From assembly GCA_031362565.1 (NCBI GenBank), contig JANLSU010000111.1, positions 1 to 64,000 on the forward strand: a stretch of DNA of 64,000 bases, in the 5' to 3' direction. The notes beneath the pieces were generated by a model, which was given only the letters and a program-made list of their open reading frames with translations, did not search any database and had not been told where the DNA came from. Origin of the DNA: a bacterium (GTDB taxonomy: Bacteria; Krumholzibacteriota; Krumholzibacteriia; G020349025). The position numbers and the translations under genes are program-made. Of this stretch, positions 27,532 to 37,336 are shown one piece after another (position 1 is the first letter of the stretch; each line of letters begins with the position of its first letter).

Positions 27532-28914
27532 TCAGCGCCCAGCGCCAGGGCCGCCGATGGCCGCTGCTAGATCCTTGATCACCTGTGCATCGACATGCCC
27601 AGGCTGGGCGTATTCGCCCTGCCCGGGGGCTGCCGTGCTTGCCACGAATAGGTGATTGAGGGCCGGATACCACGTGCACCGCGCGTTCGTCCGCCCGGCG
27701 AGTGCCTTCTGCCACAGGTCGAAATCGGTTCGTCCCACCTGGTAGTCATGCCCGCCCTGCAGAACGCGGATCGGGATCGCCAGCCCGCGCGCCGTCTTGG
27801 CCGGGTCATAACTGCGCAAGTCGAGCCAGTACGAACCCGGTAGCGGCGCTCCGAGCACGGTCACGACCGAGGTGTCGGTGAGTGCCGCACTGCGCACCTG
27901 GACGCGCAAGCGTTCGGCGGCTTCGAGTTGGGTTTTTTCGTAGTTGGAGACCGAGCTGTCGACATTGGCGAGGAATGTCAGCTGCTCGACCAAGAGATCC
28001 TCGAGCGGCCGCACGTTGCCGGCGAGCAATGCCAGGCCGGCGATGTTCGACTGTCCGGCCGCAATGCGCGGTCCGAGATTGGCGCCCAAACTGTGCCCCA
28101 GCACCCAGATGCGTTTTGCATCCACGCCGGGCGTATGGCCGAGCAATGCGACTGCGGTGCGTGCGTCGTCGATGGTTTCGCCCCAGACCGTCAGTCCGGC
28201 AATGGATGGATTCTGCTGTTGCGACAAGAGCAGCGTGCGCTTGTCGTAGCGCAGTACAGCGATGCCGCGGCTCGCGAGCCCCCAAGCCAGATCCCGAAAC
28301 GGCTTCACCGCTTCGATCGTTTCGTCACGGTCGTGCGGCCCCGACCCGTGCACGAGCACGACCGCCGGGAAAGGTCCGGTGCCCTTGGGCATGGTCAGCG
28401 TGCCCGGCAACTTCCATGTACCACTCTCGACGGTGATTGCGGTTTCGGCGAAACGTTCGGGCTGGGCGTATGCCGGCGGTGTCCAAGGCGGCCGGTTGTC
28501 CGGCGTGCCGCCCGGTGGTGCCGCGCTCGCAGCCGGCGAGAAGAAAAAGCCCGCGACCAGGTCGCCGGCGTTGAACACGATCTTGATGTCGAGCGGCAGA
28601 TTCTCGAAGGCGCAGGTCAGAATGACGATGCGGTACTCGCCCCTCGCTTCGGTGCGTGCGCCGGTGATACTGCGAAACGCCCCCGCCTGCGCCCCGATCT
28701 GCTGCCACACCGAACTCAAGCGCTCCGCCGGCAGCGCTTCCCGCATCTTGTCGTCGAACCGTGCCACCGGGCCGGCGAAATCCTGCGCCACGAGTTGGGC
28801 GACGATTTGTTTCGCTGCTTCCTCGATCGGCGTCGCCGTAGCCGCGCCGCTGGTACCCATCAAGAGGAGCGCAATCAACGCCACCGGCGCGCCCAGTTTC
28901 GATCGCAATCGCAT
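27532..28914 (-). CDS. Secreted alpha/beta hydrolase with DUF3887-like N-terminal domain
   Basis: VHGSGPHDRD, nucleophile GHSLG, QGGHDYQV and LNHLF. Alternative start at 28932. Confidence 0.9.
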   Translation of the reverse strand: MRLRSKLGAPVALIALLLMGTSGAATATPIEEAAKQIVAQLVAQDFAGPVARFDDKMREALPAERLSSVWQQIGAQAGAFRSITGARTEARGEYRIVILTCAFENLPLDIKIVFNAGDLVAGFFFSPAASAAPPGGTPDNRPPWTPPAYAQPERFAETAITVESGTWKLPGTLTMPKGTGPFPAVVLVHGSGPHDRDETIEAVKPFRDLAWGLASRGIAVLRYDKRTLLLSQQQNPSIAGLTVWGETIDDARTAVALLGHTPGVDAKRIWVLGHSLGANLGPRIAAGQSNIAGLALLAGNVRPLEDLLVEQLTFLANVDSSVSNYEKTQLEAAERLRVQVRSAALTDTSVVTVLGAPLPGSYWLDLRSYDPAKTARGLAIPIRVLQGGHDYQVGRTDFDLWQKALAGRTNARCTWYPALNHLFVASTAAPGQGEYAQPGHVDAQVIKDLAAAIGGPGAGR

Positions 28915-29026
28915 TCGCAGTCTCTCCCGCATTGTCGCACTAGAGCCGCGCCGCAGCTCGAGCTACAGCGGCGCCGGGCCCGGGCGGGGAGAGTAACACG
29001 GCGGCGAACGCCGCATCGTAGCAGGC

Positions 29027-32000
29027 TCAAAATTCGATGCCGATCCCAACACGAAACAAGCGCCGCGGGCCGTATACATTGGGATCATGCACCGGAATGA
29101 ACTCGTCGAACCCGTCACCGTCGCTGTCATGCAGGAACGCGCCGCCGAATTGACCGGTCTCGGTGGCGTACTCCCGGTAAGCGGCGCGCGCATCGGGTGG
29201 GGCCGGGCCGGCGCCCGGCGCGACGCTCACGACCTGCGCTTCGTCGAGAAGGTTCTTGCCGTCGAAAATGAGCCGCAAGTCGTGTCCGTGCAGCTGAAAG
29301 TACTTCTGGCCGCGAAAATCGACGGTGTGGGTCGAGGGGCGGCGCCGCGAGTTCTCGAGGGTGGGATCGGCGCGGCGCTCGAATCGGAACGCCGGGGTCC
29401 AGGGGAAACCGCTGCCGTACTGGAATACCGTCGTTGCCGCCCAATCTCCGGCCCGCGCCAGGGTGACCGCGGCGTTGAAGGTGTGCCGCTGGTCCCAGTC
29501 GAGCGGCAGCTCGCCGGTCGGCAGATGCGACAGGCCTTGCGCCTGGCGGCCGAAATCCGCGTCGGAACTCACTCCATCCGCGAACCCCCAGGTGTAGGCG
29601 AGGTCGAACGCGAAGCCCCGGCTCAAGGCCTTGTTGAACGCCAACTCGACGCCGCGCGAGCTCGCATAGGTCTTGTTGACGTACCGCAAGTTCTGGATGC
29701 CGGTCGAATCGTCCGTGATCTCGGTCGATGACACGAGCCCATACACATCCTTGTTGAAGAGCGCGAACTGCGTCGACAAATCGCGTGACCACTGGTGCTT
29801 GATGCCGGCCTGAAAGGCAATCGAGGTCTCCGGCTGCAGGTTCGGGTTGCCGAGCGTGCCGCCCCAGGTCGGATCCTGGGAATCGAACAGGTACGCCTTG
29901 GGCGGAAACTGAATGAAACGTCCATAGTGGAAGTGGAAAACGTCGCGATCGGTGATCGGGAAGGCGAGGCCCAAACGCGGGCTCCACTGCGTTTGCCAAC
30001 GATCGAGCTCGCGGGCGATCTCTTTGTTCCGGACGTCGATGCTGACGCCGGAACCCGGCGAGAAGAAGTCGTAGCGCACCCCGCCATTCACCACCATGCC
30101 TTCGTGTTCCCAGCGGTCTTGCAAGTAGATCGAACCTTCCGGTGCAAAGGAGTGGAAGTTGTCGCGGAACAACCCGAATGGCCCATGGAACACCCGTTGC
30201 CGCCCGGGCGAATCGATGGATACCTGGTCGAGATCGGCGTACTGCAGTTGGAAGCCGCTCTTCACCTTGTGGTTCGCAAACCGCAGCGTCGAGAGGTCGC
30301 TGCGGAGCAGATACGTCGCGGTTTGGCGCTGTGACCAGAACGGAAAATCGTAGGCGGTCGCGAACAGCGGGTACTCCGAATCGGTGTAGAAGTCGGGGTT
30401 GCCGATTGCAACGGGGCCGCGCCCTGGAATCCACAGGAATTTGCCGGCCGTCTCGTACTGTTCGGGGGTTTGATTCGCGACCGCCGTCGTGACATCGAAG
30501 GCGAGGCGCGACAACTTCACCTCGTAGTAGGTCTTCGTCGACAGCGCCTGTGTGAACGACCATTTGAGCTGCTGGCTGCGGCTGTCGGTGCGCGCCAGAT
30601 GATCGGCGGCATTGTAGGCGCGCTTGCTCGAATCGCCGGGCGCGCTCGTGGCTTCCGGGCCCCACGTCGACAACGGGCGCTGGTACCCCTCGAACAACGG
30701 GTAATCCGCCAAAACGTACGCCGGGCGGCCACTGCGTCCCAAGGCGTCATCGACTCGCACCGCGCGCAAGGTCGAGTTGTCGGAGAGGGGCAGAAGGCAG
30801 TACACGCAGTCGCGCGCGTCCCGAATGTCGTAATAGGTTGCTTGGGCCGCACGCGCCCGCCAGGGTCCGTCGTACGTCGTGATGCGATTGCCGGTCACGA
30901 ACCAGAATGCGGGGTTGCGCGGGTTCACCTGGAGTTCTGGAAATCCGACGATGCGTGTCGTCGCACCCGGCACATTCCAAGTTTGCACATACGGATCCGA
31001 GTGGCCGCGATCGAGCGTCCACTCGCCGGTCATCTTGATGGTGCTGCCGAGCTTCCAGTCGAGACGGACCTGGCCGCGGTATTGCGCCGCGGCGCGATCG
31101 CGCGTCGTCACGAACCCACCCAGGTACTGGTGCTGGCGGTAGGTTCGCCCCGGCGGATGCTCGCCGTCCTGGAACGTTGCTTCGCCGGAGGCGTAAAACG
31201 CCAGGTTCTCGAATTGCGTCGGCCCGCCGAGCCCGAGCGCAACTTGGTCGAAGTTGGTGAACGTCTTGTCGGCGCGCCCGTAGTCGTCGGTCCGGTAGTT
31301 CAGAATACCCTCGAAGCGTCTGCCGCCGGCCCGCGTGTTGTAGGTGAGAACCGACGACGCGTTGCCGTACTCGGCATCCAGCCCGCCATTGATCAGTTGA
31401 TAGTCGGCCACTGAAAGCGTCGAGAGATCCAGTCCCGCGCCCGTCAACGGGTCGGTCGAGGCCACGCCGTTCGTCATGGTCGATGTCTGGTGGCCGTAGG
31501 ATCCCTCCACATGCAACACGCCATCCGTGACCACAACCCCGGCTTCCATACCCACCGCGTCGACCACGTTTTCGACCGGCAGGCGGCTGATCTGCTCGTG
31601 GGTCTTGGAGTGTTTGATCTCCGAGTCGTGCACGTCGTAGTCGGATCTCGGGCCGTGCACGACGACGGGGTTGACGCGCTGGTCGAGCGATTGGGCCAGC
31701 ACGATACGCAGGCGCGCCGTTTCTCCCGCTTCGACACGCACGCCCAGCGTCGACCGCGGGGCGTGTCCAACGATGGAGGCGCGGACCTCGTACGTTCCCG
31801 GCCGCAGTCCGGCGATACGGAATTCGCCGTTCGCGTCGGTCATGCTGCCCGACGTCGTGCCCGCCAGGAACACCCCGGCATAACGCAGCGGCCGGCCGGT
31901 CGTTTGGTCCAGAACCTGGCCCGTGATGGTGCCCGTGGGGAGCGGGGCACCGCGGGCCAGGCCCGATGTCAGGACGAAGAGTAACGCGGCGAGGGCCGCA

Positions 32001-32029
32001 AGGGACCGGCGCGAGGAAGCGAGGCGCAT
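29027..32029 (-). CDS. TonB-dependent receptor with carboxypeptidase-regulatory-like N-terminal domain
   Basis: Signal peptide; GTITGQVLD...TDANGEF; plug GGLDAEYGN; SPRLG, GNPNLQPET; terminal RVGIGIEF. Confidence 0.92.
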   Translation of the reverse strand: MRLASSRRSLAALAALLFVLTSGLARGAPLPTGTITGQVLDQTTGRPLRYAGVFLAGTTSGSMTDANGEFRIAGLRPGTYEVRASIVGHAPRSTLGVRVEAGETARLRIVLAQSLDQRVNPVVVHGPRSDYDVHDSEIKHSKTHEQISRLPVENVVDAVGMEAGVVVTDGVLHVEGSYGHQTSTMTNGVASTDPLTGAGLDLSTLSVADYQLINGGLDAEYGNASSVLTYNTRAGGRRFEGILNYRTDDYGRADKTFTNFDQVALGLGGPTQFENLAFYASGEATFQDGEHPPGRTYRQHQYLGGFVTTRDRAAAQYRGQVRLDWKLGSTIKMTGEWTLDRGHSDPYVQTWNVPGATTRIVGFPELQVNPRNPAFWFVTGNRITTYDGPWRARAAQATYYDIRDARDCVYCLLPLSDNSTLRAVRVDDALGRSGRPAYVLADYPLFEGYQRPLSTWGPEATSAPGDSSKRAYNAADHLARTDSRSQQLKWSFTQALSTKTYYEVKLSRLAFDVTTAVANQTPEQYETAGKFLWIPGRGPVAIGNPDFYTDSEYPLFATAYDFPFWSQRQTATYLLRSDLSTLRFANHKVKSGFQLQYADLDQVSIDSPGRQRVFHGPFGLFRDNFHSFAPEGSIYLQDRWEHEGMVVNGGVRYDFFSPGSGVSIDVRNKEIARELDRWQTQWSPRLGLAFPITDRDVFHFHYGRFIQFPPKAYLFDSQDPTWGGTLGNPNLQPETSIAFQAGIKHQWSRDLSTQFALFNKDVYGLVSSTEITDDSTGIQNLRYVNKTYASSRGVELAFNKALSRGFAFDLAYTWGFADGVSSDADFGRQAQGLSHLPTGELPLDWDQRHTFNAAVTLARAGDWAATTVFQYGSGFPWTPAFRFERRADPTLENSRRRPSTHTVDFRGQKYFQLHGHDLRLIFDGKNLLDEAQVVSVAPGAGPAPPDARAAYREYATETGQFGGAFLHDSDGDGFDEFIPVHDPNVYGPRRLFRVGIGIEF

Positions 32030-32162
32030 CGTTCCACCCCTTTGCGATCGTTGCGGTTCCGGCGTTCGAGACGACGCCAAAACCCGCGGTCAGGGTGGGA
32101 TGGGACCCCGGGTGATGTGGCCCCAAAGATACGGGCTGCGGCGCCCGGCGCCAGGGGCGGGC

Positions 32163-32188
32163 GTAACATCGGCAGACCCCGGCGCGTT
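32163..32188 (+). promoter_or_regulatory. Putative autoregulatory ECF promoter
   Basis: GTAAC-N17-CGTT, 13 nt upstream of the ECF ATG; fits the generic AAC...CGT ECF pattern. Confidence 0.5.
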
Positions 32189-32201
32189 CTTGGAGTAGCC
32201 G

Positions 32202-32726
32202 ATGCAGCAAGTCTTCGAGCAGATGGCAGCCCGGCACCGCGACCGGATCTTCACCTACGCGTGGTACTGCCTCGGCGATCGCGACGATGCCGAAGACGTG
32301 ACCCAAGAGGTGCTGGTCCGCCTGTGGCGCCACTGGGCTCTGCTGGAAGAACCCAAGGTCGTGCCGTGGCTCATCCACGTCACACGCAACCTGTGCATCG
32401 ACACGATGCGGCGGCGAAAGACGCATCGCGGCGTGATAAAGGACGATCCAGAGGGTCTCGTGATGAACCAAGTGGCGAGCGACGCCCCCAGTCCTGGGGC
32501 GCGGGTGGAAGCGGCAGAGATGGGAGCGCGTGTCGAACGGGCGCTCCGCCAGGTGCCGGAACCGTATCGCAGCATCGTCATCCTGCGCGAGATCCAGGAC
32601 TTCAAGTACGAAGAGATTGCGGCCGCGCTCGAGGTGCCGCTCAACACCGTCAAGGTGTACTTGCACCGCGGAAGGCGCAAGTTGCGCGACCGGCTTCGGG
32701 AGATGGTGAGTGATGCGACGAGCTGA
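32202..32726 (+). CDS. ECF RNA polymerase sigma factor
   Basis: DAEDVTQEVL, WLIHVTRNLCID and YEEIAAALEVPLNTVKVYLHRGR. Confidence 0.95.
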   Translation: MQQVFEQMAARHRDRIFTYAWYCLGDRDDAEDVTQEVLVRLWRHWALLEEPKVVPWLIHVTRNLCIDTMRRRKTHRGVIKDDPEGLVMNQVASDAPSPGARVEAAEMGARVERALRQVPEPYRSIVILREIQDFKYEEIAAALEVPLNTVKVYLHRGRRKLRDRLREMVSDATS

Positions 32727-33321
32727 TACACCCTTGAGTTGTGGGCGCGTCAAGGTGCTGGTCGAGGCGTACCTCGACGAGTCACTGGCCGGTCCGCGCC
32801 GGGCGCGCGTCGATGCACATCTGGTGGGCTGCGAGGCGTGCCGCGCCGAGGTCGCGCAAGCATTGCAGGTGCGGACGGCGTTGCGGGCGCTGCCCTGGCG
32901 GGCCTGCTCGGATGTGGTGTTGGAAACAGTACGCACGCGCCTTGCGGCGGCGGATGCGCCGGCGAGCGGCGGCAACCGCAAGCCGGCGGCGGTACGTGCG
33001 GCGGCGGCGCAAGAGTGGACGCGGCGGCTCCAAGAATGGTTGGTGCCGCGGTCCAGCGTGTGGAAGCCGGCCGTGGGCCTTGCGGCGGCGGCGGTTCTGG
33101 TCGTGGGTGTGTATGCGTTCGTGCACCGGCCGACCGAGATCCAAGTGACGCCGCAGGATATGCAACGCGCCGAAGGTCAGGTGCGCTGGGTCATGGCGCG
33201 CATTGGACAGATCAGCCAGCACGCCGGCAACAAAGTGCGCACCGACGTGCTCGAGAAACGGGTGGCGGATCCAGCCGCGCGCGCCGTGAGCGGTGTGCTC
33301 GAGGACAACATTCGACAGTGA
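32713..33321 (+). CDS. Zinc-finger (HxxxCxxC) membrane anti-sigma factor
   Basis: HLVGCEAC plus one TM helix; overlaps the sigma gene. Confidence 0.88.
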   Translation: MRRADTPLSCGRVKVLVEAYLDESLAGPRRARVDAHLVGCEACRAEVAQALQVRTALRALPWRACSDVVLETVRTRLAAADAPASGGNRKPAAVRAAAAQEWTRRLQEWLVPRSSVWKPAVGLAAAAVLVVGVYAFVHRPTEIQVTPQDMQRAEGQVRWVMARIGQISQHAGNKVRTDVLEKRVADPAARAVSGVLEDNIRQ

Positions 33322-33387
33322 CACGCGTGTCGCCGACACGATCAACCAAGCGCCATTCGGGCGCCACGTGGGAACGGAGAGAAAACG

Positions 33388-34023
33388 ATGCAGATCAAGC
33401 AGGCATGGATGACGGTGGCTTTGGTGGCGACGCTGGCCGGCGCAGGACGCGCCTTTGCCACCGATGACCTCACCAAGCACCCTGGTTACGTCGACTTCGA
33501 CAACATTGTGAAACTCTTCGGGAAGCAGGAGACGAACGTCGAAGTCTTTCTGGAGCCGGCGATGCTGCAGTTCATCGGCAAAATGGCCAGCGGCGATCCG
33601 GAGATGGCAGCGCTATGCGCCAAGCTGCTGCAGATTCGCGTCCAATCATTCCAAATGGATTCGGACAAGGTCGATGCGGTCGAGAAGACGGTGGCGGACG
33701 CGGCGCAGAAGCTGGAGGGCCAGGGCTGGGGTCCGCTCATCAAGGTGCGCGATCGCAAGGGCGGCAGTCAAACGTACGTGTACATGAAGCTGGTGAATGG
33801 CAAGTCCCAGGGCATGACTGTAATGAATATCGATCCGCACGACGAGGCGACGTTCGTGAACATCGTCGGTGAGATCGATCCGGAACAAATCGGCCGCCTG
33901 AGCCGCACGATCCACATCGATCAATTGGATAGCCTGAGGATGAACATGCACGGCAAGAACTACGACCGCTCGGACGACAAGTCCGACGACAAGGCGGATG
34001 ACAAGAAACCCGTGAAAAAATAG
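33388..34023 (+). CDS. DUF4252-like exported protein
   Basis: Signal peptide; PGYVDF, VEVFLE and FVNIVGEIDPEQI; usual ECF operon position. Confidence 0.8.
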   Translation: MQIKQAWMTVALVATLAGAGRAFATDDLTKHPGYVDFDNIVKLFGKQETNVEVFLEPAMLQFIGKMASGDPEMAALCAKLLQIRVQSFQMDSDKVDAVEKTVADAAQKLEGQGWGPLIKVRDRKGGSQTYVYMKLVNGKSQGMTVMNIDPHDEATFVNIVGEIDPEQIGRLSRTIHIDQLDSLRMNMHGKNYDRSDDKSDDKADDKKPVKK

Positions 34024-34112
34024 CCCGCGCCCCTTCTCGAGGTGAGTTGCGCGCGATGCGGCGAGACCTTACACTTGTCTCTGCCACCTCGCCCCGCCTT
34101 GGGAGACTCCGT

Positions 34113-36710
34113 ATGGGTCGTTTCCGGTTTGCGGTTCTGATTTTCCTGCTGCTTGGCCTCCTGGTGTCGGTGGGCGCCGGTCTGCACCGGAGGGCGGTCG
34201 AGGGCGAGTCCGAGTCCGAAGAGCGCGAGGCAGGCACCTTCCCGAGCGATTGGTTCGTGCGCCAGCGCGAATTCCCCAACACGGCGATCCCGGCGGGCGC
34301 TCTCGACGCCGCCGTCGCGCAAGCGCAATTCGACCGCGCATTGGCGCTCTCCAAGCCCGGCGCCCAAACCGCAGCACTTGCCTGGCAGAACGCCGGCCCC
34401 TTCAATATCGGCGGGCGGGTCACGGCGTTGGCCGTGGCGCCCGGCGGCAGCACCATCTACCTGGGGGCGGCGAACGGCGGGGTCTTCAAGTCGGTGAATA
34501 GCGGCGTGAACTGGACGCCTCTCTTCGACAATTTCGCGGTGTTCTCCATCGGCGCGCTGACGCTGCAGCCGGGCACTTCGAATGTGTTGTACGTGGGCAC
34601 CGGCGAGGCGAATGGCTCCGTCGACTCCTACGATGGCGCCGGACTCTTCCGCACCAGCGACGGCGGCACGTCGTGGCAATTCCTGGGGCTCGAAGCCACC
34701 CGGCGCATCGCGCGGGTCGCGGTGGATCCCACCAACGCCAATCGCATTTTCGTCGCGGCAATGGGCACGCAATTCTCGACCGGGCCCGACCGCGGTCTGT
34801 ATTTGAGCGAGAACGGCGGTTCGTCGTGGAACCGCGTCCTATTCGTGAACGACAGCACGGGTGTTTGCGACGTCGCCATCAACGCGGCGCATCCGGATAC
34901 CGTGTTCGCGGCCTCCTGGGAACGCCTGCGCAAACCGAGCTACCGGCGCGCCTACGGCGCCGGCTGCGGAATCTGGCGGAGCGTCAATGCGGGCCACACC
35001 TGGGCGCGGTTGCAAACGGGCCTGCCGGCGCCGTCGGACAGCATCGGGCGCATCGGACTCGCGATTGCACCATCGCGGCCGGCGTGGATCTATGCGCAAA
35101 TCACCAGTGGCACCAACATGGGCTATGTCGGGCGCGGCATGTACCGCTCGACGGACGGCGGCACCACCTGGGCGCGGCGCGATGCCGGCAACTCGTTCAC
35201 TTCGATGTTCGGCGGCTTCAGCTGGTATTTCGGCGACTGTGCCGTCGATCCCACCAATCCGAACGTCGTCTACGCGCTGGGACTCACGATCCGCCGTTCG
35301 ACGAACGGCGGCCAGAGCTTCTCGAGCATCACCTCCAACGCGCATGTCGACAATCACGCGGTGTGGATCGACCCCGCCAACCCGGCGCACGTGTATCTCG
35401 GCAACGACGGCGGATTCTTCTCGACGACGACGACCGGATCCGCGTGGTTCAAGTCCGTCGACCTGCCGATCACTCAATTCTATGCAGGCGCGATCGACCC
35501 GTCGAATCCGGCCCGGCTCTTGGGTGGGACGCAGGACAACAATACGCTTCTGACCGCCGGGTCGCCCAGCAGCTGGACTCCGATTCTGGGCGGTGACGGA
35601 TTCCAATGTCTCGTGGACCCGCTCGACCCTTTGGTGGTGTTCGCCGAGTATCAGAATGCCTGCAGCGGCCAGGGTCCGTTCCGTTCGACCGACGGCGGGT
35701 CGACGTTCTTCGCGGCATCGGGGTTCAGTTCGGGCGACCGGTACAACTGGAACGCGCCGATCGTCATGAGTTCGCTCGATCACAACGTTCTCTTGGCGGC
35801 AAGCCAGCGGGTCTACAAGAGCACCGACAATGGCCAGAACTACGATCCGGTCAGTCCCGATCTCACGACCAATCCCATTTCGCCGCTCGTCTACGGCACC
35901 GTCACGACGCTCGACATTTCGCCCAAGAATGCCAACCTGTATTACGCCGGCACCGACGATGGGCGGGTGTGGCGGTCGATCGATGCGGGCAGTTCCTGGT
36001 CACGCATCGATGCGGGGTTGCCGGTACGTTGGGTGACGCGAATCACCGCCGACCCCAGCGACGGCTTCGTCGTCTATTTGACGCTATCGGGATTCATGCT
36101 CGATGAGCACGCGTCGCATGTCTATCGCAGCACGAACCGTGGCGATACCTGGACGGCCATCGACAGCAATCTGCCGGATGTGCCGGCCAACGACATCGTG
36201 GTCGATCCCACCGACACGTACACCCTGTACTTGGCCACCGACGTCGGCGTGTACGCGTCGCGGAACCGTGGTGGGAGCTGGTTCGCTCTCGGCACCGGGA
36301 TGCCGGTGCAGACGATTTTCGATCTGACACTGCATTCACCGTCCCGCACCTTGGTGGCGGCGACACATGGGCGCGGTCAGTGGAAACTCAATGTCACCGG
36401 CCTGCCGACCGATGTCGCCGGGGATGCGATAGGCGGGTTCGAACTGTCGCGACCGGTGCCGAATCCGAGCCGTGGCGAAACGCAACTCGCCCTCGATCTG
36501 CCTGCCGCAGCCGATGTGCAAGTCGCCATTTATGATGTGCGGGGGCGCGCCGTGCGCGTGTTGCGGACCGGTGCACTTGGACGCGGCTCACACCCCATGC
36601 GATGGGACGGTCTCGACGCCGCGGGTGGCCGCGTTGCGGCCGGCACCTACTTCATCCGCGCCCAATCCGCCGGCACCGTGCGTACGCAGCGCATCGTGCG
36701 CGTCGAATGA
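34113..36710 (+). CDS. Secreted BNR/Asp-box beta-propeller (VPS10/GH74-like) with C-terminal FlgD-Ig-type domain
   Basis: GPFNIGGRV, many SxDGGxxW Asp-boxes, GGTQDN, ATHGRG; C-terminal PNP...YDVRGRAVR...WDG...GTYF. Confidence 0.88.
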   Translation: MGRFRFAVLIFLLLGLLVSVGAGLHRRAVEGESESEEREAGTFPSDWFVRQREFPNTAIPAGALDAAVAQAQFDRALALSKPGAQTAALAWQNAGPFNIGGRVTALAVAPGGSTIYLGAANGGVFKSVNSGVNWTPLFDNFAVFSIGALTLQPGTSNVLYVGTGEANGSVDSYDGAGLFRTSDGGTSWQFLGLEATRRIARVAVDPTNANRIFVAAMGTQFSTGPDRGLYLSENGGSSWNRVLFVNDSTGVCDVAINAAHPDTVFAASWERLRKPSYRRAYGAGCGIWRSVNAGHTWARLQTGLPAPSDSIGRIGLAIAPSRPAWIYAQITSGTNMGYVGRGMYRSTDGGTTWARRDAGNSFTSMFGGFSWYFGDCAVDPTNPNVVYALGLTIRRSTNGGQSFSSITSNAHVDNHAVWIDPANPAHVYLGNDGGFFSTTTTGSAWFKSVDLPITQFYAGAIDPSNPARLLGGTQDNNTLLTAGSPSSWTPILGGDGFQCLVDPLDPLVVFAEYQNACSGQGPFRSTDGGSTFFAASGFSSGDRYNWNAPIVMSSLDHNVLLAASQRVYKSTDNGQNYDPVSPDLTTNPISPLVYGTVTTLDISPKNANLYYAGTDDGRVWRSIDAGSSWSRIDAGLPVRWVTRITADPSDGFVVYLTLSGFMLDEHASHVYRSTNRGDTWTAIDSNLPDVPANDIVVDPTDTYTLYLATDVGVYASRNRGGSWFALGTGMPVQTIFDLTLHSPSRTLVAATHGRGQWKLNVTGLPTDVAGDAIGGFELSRPVPNPSRGETQLALDLPAAADVQVAIYDVRGRAVRVLRTGALGRGSHPMRWDGLDAAGGRVAAGTYFIRAQSAGTVRTQRIVRVE

Positions 36711-37336
36711 CCACCTGCCACCCGACCCTTCCCGATCGCGTTGGGCCCGGGCTCGACGTGTTGTTCGTGGGCATCAACCCGGGGGTGCGATCCGCCGAAC
36801 TCGGGCATCACTTCGCCGGCCATTCGAATCGATTCTGGGTCTTGCTGCGCGATGTCGGGCTGGTGCCGCCGGAGTTCGGATTCGCGGCCGACGAACAATT
36901 GCCGTCTTTGGGCCTCGGGATTACGAATCTCGTCGCGCGCACCACGCCGGGCGTCGCGGACCTCGAGCCGGCGGAGTTCGCGGCCGGGCGCCTCGTGTTG
37001 CTCCGCAAAGTGCGCCGCCTGCGGCCGCGCATCGTGGCGCTCGTGGGAGTCACGGTGGCGCGCGCCGTGCATCCGCTCTTGCGCACCGGGCGGGTCGAAC
37101 TTGGCTTGCAGTCCGTCTCCATGCATGAGGCGCGGGTTTTCGTTTTGCCGAACCCGAGCGGCCGCAACGCGCACTACTCGTATGCGGCGATGCGCGCCGC
37201 GTTCGCAGCCTTGGCGGCGGCAGCGCATCCGGAGACTCGACGCCGGCAGCCAGGGGTGGCCGCGGGGCGTGTTTCCGCAGTAGCATCGCCCGAGTTGCAT
37301 CCCCAGCCAACCGGACGACGCCGAGGAGACCGATGA
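36707..37336 (+). CDS. mug: Mismatch-specific uracil-DNA glycosylase (UDG family 2)
   Basis: LFVGINPG, NRFW, GITNLV and LPNPSGRN. Confidence 0.92.
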   Translation: MTTCHPTLPDRVGPGLDVLFVGINPGVRSAELGHHFAGHSNRFWVLLRDVGLVPPEFGFAADEQLPSLGLGITNLVARTTPGVADLEPAEFAAGRLVLLRKVRRLRPRIVALVGVTVARAVHPLLRTGRVELGLQSVSMHEARVFVLPNPSGRNAHYSYAAMRAAFAALAAAAHPETRRRQPGVAAGRVSAVASPELHPQPTGRRRGDR

